From the human T2T-CHM13v2.0 reference genome, Homo sapiens, in the NCBI RefSeq assembly GCF_009914755.1, contig NC_060928.1: 64,000 nt of DNA, one strand, 5' to 3'. The notes under the pieces are model-generated. The model had not been told where the DNA came from. It ran no database searches and was given only the letters and a program-made list of their open reading frames with translations. Of this stretch, positions 54,591-64,000 are shown in pieces. A program made the position numbers and the translations under genes. Within the stretch, counting starts at the first letter, position 1; each line of letters starts with the position of its first letter.

Positions 54591-55532
54591 GCTGCCCCCC
54601 CCCCGCCACCTCCAAAGACACAAAAAAGTCCATTTAATAAAGGGGAGTTGAACTATAGGAAACACACAACACACAGCAATCATAGTCCATTGAAATGGCA
54701 CATTCCTGCTGGGCTTACATTATGTAAGACCCTGCCCCAGTATTAAATAAAGTCCCCACATTAGGTGTGATTCTGCTCTCTGGGAGAAGCTTTCTGGTCC
54801 ATAATCCTCAAAGGCACCAGGATTTGCCTTCTGAGATGTTTCTCCTTTTCTGTAGTCTTTCGCAGCACTCTGTAATGATCATCAGAGTGTATGTCCCGCT
54901 TCAGGGTTGCAGGGTCCACAAACTCACTTCTTGTTTGTGACAGTTCCATGGTTTAAGGATTATTTTACAGGTCGGAGTCAAATCTTTCTCAGGTGAGGAT
55001 TACGGTTTTCTTGGCATTGCAATTCTCTCAAAAACTAAGTAGATTTATTTTCTATTTCTTGTCCTTTCCAGGTGCCAGTAGCCACACCCAAAATAGTTTT
55101 TTAGACATAGTTTTTCAATTTGCTCTTTTTATTTAAACTTTGCTGGAGAGAGAGAGAGAGTCAACGTAATGAGAGCTACCTTGAGATCATCTGAAACAGT
55201 TGAGTGGAAACATATCACCCTTCATCTGATTTTTGCTGCAAGCTTAATTGCCTTAATTTAACTTAGACATCTTATTAAGCCTTTGTATTTGAAGCTATGT
55301 TACATCTTATTTCCTGTTTGGGTTCCAGAAGCAGTTAGCTTTTCCAGCCCTGTGAAGCCTTTCATGTCTAATTCTGTCCCTTCAATCTTTGTGCACAAAC
55401 CAGTCAATTTGTAATACTTTAGTTGAAGCAATGGATAGCAGCTAACACCTATAAACATGGAGCACTTTCCAACCACTTTACCTAAAACTATATGAGCATG
55501 TGGTCTGCATTCCAGGTTATAGTTGGAATTAA

Positions 55533-55794
55533 TTTTTTTTATTATTATTATACTTTAAGTTTTAAGGTACATGTGCACAATGTGCAGGTTAGTTACATAT
55601 GTATACATGTGCCATGCTGGTGTGCTGCACCCACTAACTCATCATCTAGCATTAGGTATATCTCCTAAAGCTATCCCTCCCCCCTCCCTCCACCCAACAA
55701 CAGTCCCCAGAGTGTGATGTTCCCCTTCCTGTGTCCATGTGTTCTCATTGTTCAATTCCCACCTATGAGTGAGAATATGCGGTGTTTGGTTTTT
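55533..55794 (-). mobile_element. Short young L1 3' UTR insertion (L1PA2/3-like)
   Basis: 'ttagttacatatgtatac...cccactaactcatcatctagcattagg...gagaatatgcggtgtttgg'. Confidence 0.92.
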
Positions 55795-55869
55795 AAATTG
55801 CAATGTTTTACCACAATATAATGTATTTCTTCAGCTTTTCAGCCTGTAGCACCACCGCCCAAACATTAA

Positions 55870-56300
55870 TTTCTGGGTTTCTTACAGAAGGTAAATTTCT
55901 TGAAGAAAATACCAAAAATTCGGTGGCCTAAAAAATATGTTTTTCTCCTATAGAAGTCCAGGGTAGGGGTTCCAACCCAACGCTGGCTTTTCTCCATGCA
56001 GCCATTCAGGAATTAGTCTGACGGCCACTTTACCATATTCAATGCATGAGTTCCAAGATCTCTCTGCTTATTGCCATGCTAGTTAGGCAGGAAAAAGAGT
56101 ATGGTAAAATACTCCAAAGGCTTGAGAGCCAGGCCTGGCAGTGGAATTCAACACTTATACTCACATTCCATTAGAAAGAACTCAGTCATATGGCGATATC
56201 CAACTACAGAGAAAGCTGGAGAATGTAGTGTAGCTAACCAACCATTTACCCCAACTTCCCATTCCAATGGAAAAAGAGACAATAAATGTACATGAACAGC
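55870..56300 (-). mobile_element. LTR33/MLT1-like old LTR fragment
   Basis: 'gccattcagg', 'ctcacattccattagaaagaactcagtcatatgg', 'gctggagaatgtagt'. Confidence 0.5.
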
Positions 56301-56829
56301 ATTATTTCCCAAATCCCAATAGGCCTTAGCCCTAGCCTAATTTCATGGAATAGTGGCTGACTTAGCTCCACCAATACAGGAGGATGCCAACCCACCTCAA
56401 GTCCAGACACCAATCATTTAGCCAGAACAACAACAACAAAAATTCCCTTCCATCTCATTTAAAAGCTCTCCTTCTAATTTTCTTTCCCGCAATCTTCCCC
56501 TCCTCAAGATATGTGTGAGTGGGAAAATTAGTATAAGAAAAACTCTCTTCCAGAAACAGCCAATCACCTCGCAGCCTTACTATATCCATCTGCGTTAATC
56601 ATGTGCAAGAAATCAACAGCTTTTTTGCGTTGCACTTTCATCCCTGTACTTTATCCATGTTCTTTCTGCAAGAAGCCAGGATCTGACTTGGAGTTTATTC
56701 CCCAGCCTTCTGTGCAACCAAATACCCACATCGCCCGGAAGAATAAAATTCAGTTTTCTGGCACAGTGCAGTCAAAATCCAGACAGAAAAATAAAATATG
56801 TCTTTTAAAGAGTAGTGACATTCTCAGAA

Positions 56830-56985
56830 ACATCATTACTAATATTGAGCCACTTAATAAATGTGAGACACCATTCTAAGAGGTTGACTTGTATGACCTT
56901 ATTTAATCTTCATAAACATTGTCCCCATCTTACTGAAGAGAAAACTGACGCTAGCAGACACTGACGAACTTGCACAAGCTTGGGC
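56830..56985 (-). mobile_element. MIR SINE
   Basis: 'ttatttaatcttcat...ccccatcttactgaagagaaaactga'. Confidence 0.65.
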
Positions 56986-57894
56986 AAAATCATACATTAG
57001 CAAACAGAACGCTTAGCCTCGCAGTTCAAAATGTTTTCATTCACGTTAACAATTACATCACATTTTTCCCAAGAATAATTCATAATTCTTAAGGGATTTT
57101 TGCTTTACATTTGTGCAACTAAAGCCCCAGTCAGGTTTTCCCAGAGTGAAGGAACAATCAGCTCCAAAGGAGTGTTCATCTTTACCCCTTCAGAGACACA
57201 AGCTGCCTGCATCTTTTATATGACAGTTTTTACAGCTTCTACCTATCAAAATTTCAGAACACACTGTTAGGAAACCTCTCAGGTATAAAGAGTTGCTCAG
57301 AAGCAATCTTTGCCTCAGCCCATTAAACTTTTGAGTCATCTAAAGCTACTTGTTCTGATTCCACACTTACCAAGCAACCTTCTGATTAGGACTTGGCTTC
57401 TCATGCGGTTCTGCAAGCAAGAAAAAATGTGCTGATCAAAAGCATTTTGAGGTTTTTATGATTTCTGTTTATAATTTTTTATAGAAAATTAATAAATGGC
57501 TTATATTATACTGTGACTTCCCATCCAAATTGCCAAGAGAAGAAACCGCAACAATCAAGCAAATTCAGTGTGCAATAATTAAGTTTATCATTGAAAATTA
57601 AGTTGATATTCTGGAATTTAGCAAATACAATTGAACACAGAAACCAGAAGGCCTTATTGGCCATATTGTTTGGATTGAAGATACTAGGGTATTAGTAAAA
57701 GATGAAAAGATAATGGGAAAAAAAAGAGCAACAAGAATACAGGAAATTAAATTGTGCAAAATTTAAATTTGATTCAGACACTGATAAAGAAGAATTATAG
57801 GATTTTAAGGAAGATGGGAATTTAGTCAAATCAAGGGAATATATTTTACAGTTTTATGGTAGAAAAAAGAAACCTTTAGAAGATAATCCATAAG

Positions 57895-58280
<386 letters not shown>

Positions 58281-59011
58281 TTAAACTGAAATCAATGTAG
58301 GGGGAAAAACTGAAGAAGCAAAGGCTGATATAATATTTCATGTTTGAGAGCAACGGCAAACGGGTGAGCTTCCAACAGTGATGAAAAGATCAAGGGGAAA
58401 AAGTTTTTGTTTTCTGAAAAGTTGTGTCTCTCTGTTCAGATATTGATGTAATTTCTTCTGACAGATGTCTGTTGAACACCCCCATAAGCCCAATGCTATA
58501 TCTGATGACAGATAAAATATAAGAGAAAAATTAAAATCGTTCCAGCCTATGTGAATCTTGAAATAGTGTTGAAAAACAATAAGGCAAATACACATAAAAC
58601 AGTTTAACAACAAAAAGACTATAAAAGCTAATGCCAAAGATGGCAAGCTCAGTAGGTATTGAGAGACAAGAGACAAGGCAGTTGGGAGAAAAATTACTGA
58701 AGGAGAGAATATTGAATATAAATTTTCTGAAAGCTTCTAGGCTTCAGCAACACAAGACACAAGTTGACAATATCAGGTAGTGTTACCGAAGAAAGTTTCA
58801 GAACCAGTATTGGCTGCTCCTCTTCCTATTAAAAATTGTATACATATATATACAATTATATACATATACAATTTTATAAGTGCATGTGTAATAATTCTAT
58901 ATATTCTCAAAATTACCGTTAATTAAAAACTTCTATGTCTAAGAGGTAGACATTAGTATTAGAGACTCTGTTAGATACGCTTGGGTGACACACAAAGATT
59001 AAAAGTTTGAG

Positions 59012-59220
59012 GGCTGAGCACAGTGGCTCATGCCTGTATGAGGCTGAGGTGGTGGGATTGCTTGAATCCAGGAGTTCCAGACAAGTCTGGGCAGGACAGT
59101 GAGACCCTGTCTCTGCAAAAACTTATTTTACAAAATGAGCCAGGCATGGTGAGCCATGATCACCCCACTGTACTCCAGCCTGGGTTACAGAGTGAGACCC
59201 TGTCTCTGAAAAAAAAAAAA
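59012..59220 (+). mobile_element. AluJ with internal deletions
   Basis: Both Alu ends and TSD aaaagtttgag are present, but the element is only ~210 bp. Confidence 0.85.
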
Positions 59221-59587
59221 GTTTGAGGCTGAGTGACAAATTTGCTAACACACGCAAACACACATGCACGCAAAACTCCCTAGAGCCCAAATGGTAAACA
59301 AGCAGTCCTCCTTGGTATTGATTTTGCCCACCAAATGGGAATCATGGGATCCTTAAACATTTTTAGATGGTTTCCAACACCAAAAAATCAGAATGTGTCA
59401 GCTAAAAATTCAGTTTCCTATCTCACATATTTGAAAAAAGAAATCTTTTTCTTTTTGGAAAACACTATGTCCAAATTCCCACATGTAACCCACTCTTTCA
59501 TTCACCAAATATTCACCGAGCTCTGATAGGGGCCAGGCTCTGTTCTAGTTACTGGGAATATATCTATCAGAGAACATCAGCAAAAAT

Positions 59588-59742
59588 AGAGAGAGAAAGG
59601 AAAGAAGGGAGGAAGGGAGGAAGGGAAAATAAGGAGAAAGAAAGAGAAAGGCAGGAAGGTAGGCAGGGAAAGAAGGGAAGAGAACAGAGGGAAAAAATGA
59701 GAAAAGAAAGGAAAGAAAATTAAAAAATAAAAAATAAAAAAA
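59588..59742 (+). repeat. GA-rich low-complexity tract
   Basis: Directly visible polypurine tract. Confidence 0.85.
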
Positions 59743-60379
59743 TCCTGAGTTTATAGACATTATTTCAGTTGAATCTACTAGTGCTAAGCAGCAGCTGCCC
59801 ATTTAAAACAGAATCCAGCCTGTCCAGGACCATACAATACCCATGGCTTCTAATTGTCTTGGAGATGAGTATTTGGAGAAATGTTTTTAAAACATTAACT
59901 CATGTCTCTAACAAAGAAATACTGAAATCCTGTGTTTCTTTTAAACTGCTTCACTCATATTATTTGTCTTAATCATAAGACTCCCTAGCTTTGGGATCTG
60001 TGCATTTTGTTGATTTAAGTCAAGATCTCTTACCTCTCAGAGATCTAGCCAAATTTGTAGCTGAACCCCAATCCTTCAGCCTGTGACAGTTTAAGTCCTT
60101 CCCAACAGATTCCACCAGTTCCTGCAACTTTTTGGGGTCATGATTTTCTCTGTCTCCACCATGAAAGTTCAATCTCTTGCCCTGAGACACCCTGGAAACA
60201 ATTTAGTCTCTTCATCAATTTCCACATAATATCCCCTCACATTAAGCATATCGTGATTTCAGTAGCCTGTACTCAAGATCTAGATGGAGAGAAGAGGCAG
60301 TTGTTGGAGGACTCTGTACATTCTCTGGCATCAAAAAGCTTGCTCTGCTGCCCATAGGCACAATCCTGAAGAACAGGGG

Positions 60380-60725
60380 TTCTTCAGTAGGACAGAGGCA
60401 CAGGCAATTCTAAACCAATGGAAAATGGGTTTTAGGAGATGCCCCAGCCTCCTTATCAACCTTGGCCTCCAGTGGGGCACTCCGAAACTCATTACTGTTT
60501 CTAAAAATGTGGAATTCCACAGCAGTAACAGATTTAGTGCATCTTTTGTTGCCTTTTCCCCTTCCTTGTCTCACATCCCCACTTCTTCACATTTGTCTAA
60601 TAAAATCTCTTCCCAATAACTACATTTACCTAAGGCTTTGTCTCAGGGCGTTGTGTTCATTTTGTTGTTGTTGTTCTCTTTGTTTTTCATTTTGTTGTTG
60701 GAGGAGGAGGTGCCAAAACTAAGAC
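60380..60725 (+). mobile_element. LTR16-like old LTR fragment
   Basis: 'ccccttccttgtctcac', 'ttgtctcaggg' and terminal 'aaactaagac'. Confidence 0.4.
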
Positions 60726-61732
60726 TGCATCACAAGTAGAGGTTACATGCCTCTGTGGTAGTTCACTGATTCTTCTTTCCCTCTTTCTGTCTCCCTCATG
60801 TCTTCTCTGAGGCAACAAACAAATCCTTTATTCCTCAATTTGCATAATGGTTCAATTCATATACTAGATATTCAGAATCCTCTTCCACCAGCAATATTCA
60901 GTTGGCTCTTCTCAAATAAATGTTAAGTTCTTCACTAAGAGGGCTTTGAAAATTGTTACAAACTCACTGAAGCTTGTAACAATTGTTAATTGTTAATTAA
61001 TTTTTTTCCATTTTATTACAAATAGTAATTACATAAAGATGGAAGGAAGCAGAAAAGAACATATGGCCTGAAGCTGGAGCTAAAGACTTGATTTTCAGAA
61101 AAGACAGATTTTCAATTAGAATGCCTTGTGGGTGATGCAAAGGGAGTCCACCAAGTCAGATTTCAAACAACTTTTTTTATTGAAATATAGGACCCATGCT
61201 TGAAAAGATTTATTTGAACATTGACCGAAAAGTGCAATATAAAAAAAGGATTTATTTGAACATTGACTAAAAAGTGCAATAAAAATTAGCTTAGTCTTTC
61301 ACAAGATAGAAACGAAGCAGAGAAAATTATTGCATAGTTCAAATTACTGGATAAACTAGACTTTCTAAGAAGACAAAAAAAGGAGGCTTTAGAAGAATCT
61401 GAAAAATGCTGGACCAAGTTCACTGAATGAAGCCAGACAGTATAATCCTAACTCATCAATTTCATTCTATTCAGCAATTGTGAGTGGACCTTGAGATTCT
61501 TCACTTTGAGATGAAAATAATAGTTGGCTCATTTTCAATAACTTGGTATAAATGTTAAATTGCAGAAGTTAATGAGAGGGAAGGAATTCCCATAGGAAAA
61601 AAAAAAGGTAAAGGTAATGATTCCTCCTCCTACAACTTCCCCTACATTGCCTGATCCCATATCTATTTCTTTCTGGGTGGCAAGGGAGAAAAACTGCTTT
61701 AAAAAGCAATAGCTAAGGAGTGTTTTTCCTAA

Positions 61733-62098
<366 letters not shown>

Positions 62099-62107
62099 AG
62101 GAGATAC

Positions 62108-64000
<1,893 letters not shown>

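Noticed and set aside
58832-58875. AT-rich hairpin aaaattgtata...tatacaatttt
   Set aside because: Low-complexity (TA)-type sequence, self-complementary by composition

Overview
This is AT-rich, CpG-poor primate (very probably human) non-coding DNA, dominated by interspersed repeats. It holds about 14 Alu/FLAM copies including one AluYa5-type, two long L1 pieces (L1PB-like at ~34.5-38.3 kb and L1PA4-like running off the right end), short L1 fragments, L2, MIR, a CR1/L3 fossil, MaLR and ERVL LTRs with an ERVL internal segment, hAT MITEs and microsatellites. I can support no cellular protein-coding gene, RNA gene, CRISPR array or prokaryotic feature; the ORFs with recognisable protein similarity are decayed transposon frames. 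I did not find convincing evidence of a new biological system. The most unusual signal is two independent ~250-300 bp non-tandem direct duplications, each with its copy about 1.9-2.0 kb from the source (21464/23331 and 30606/32579); their junctions look like templated insertions. Repeat subfamily names come from my recollection of consensus sequences, boundaries are approximate unless a TSD or terminus is quoted, and identities are hand counts.
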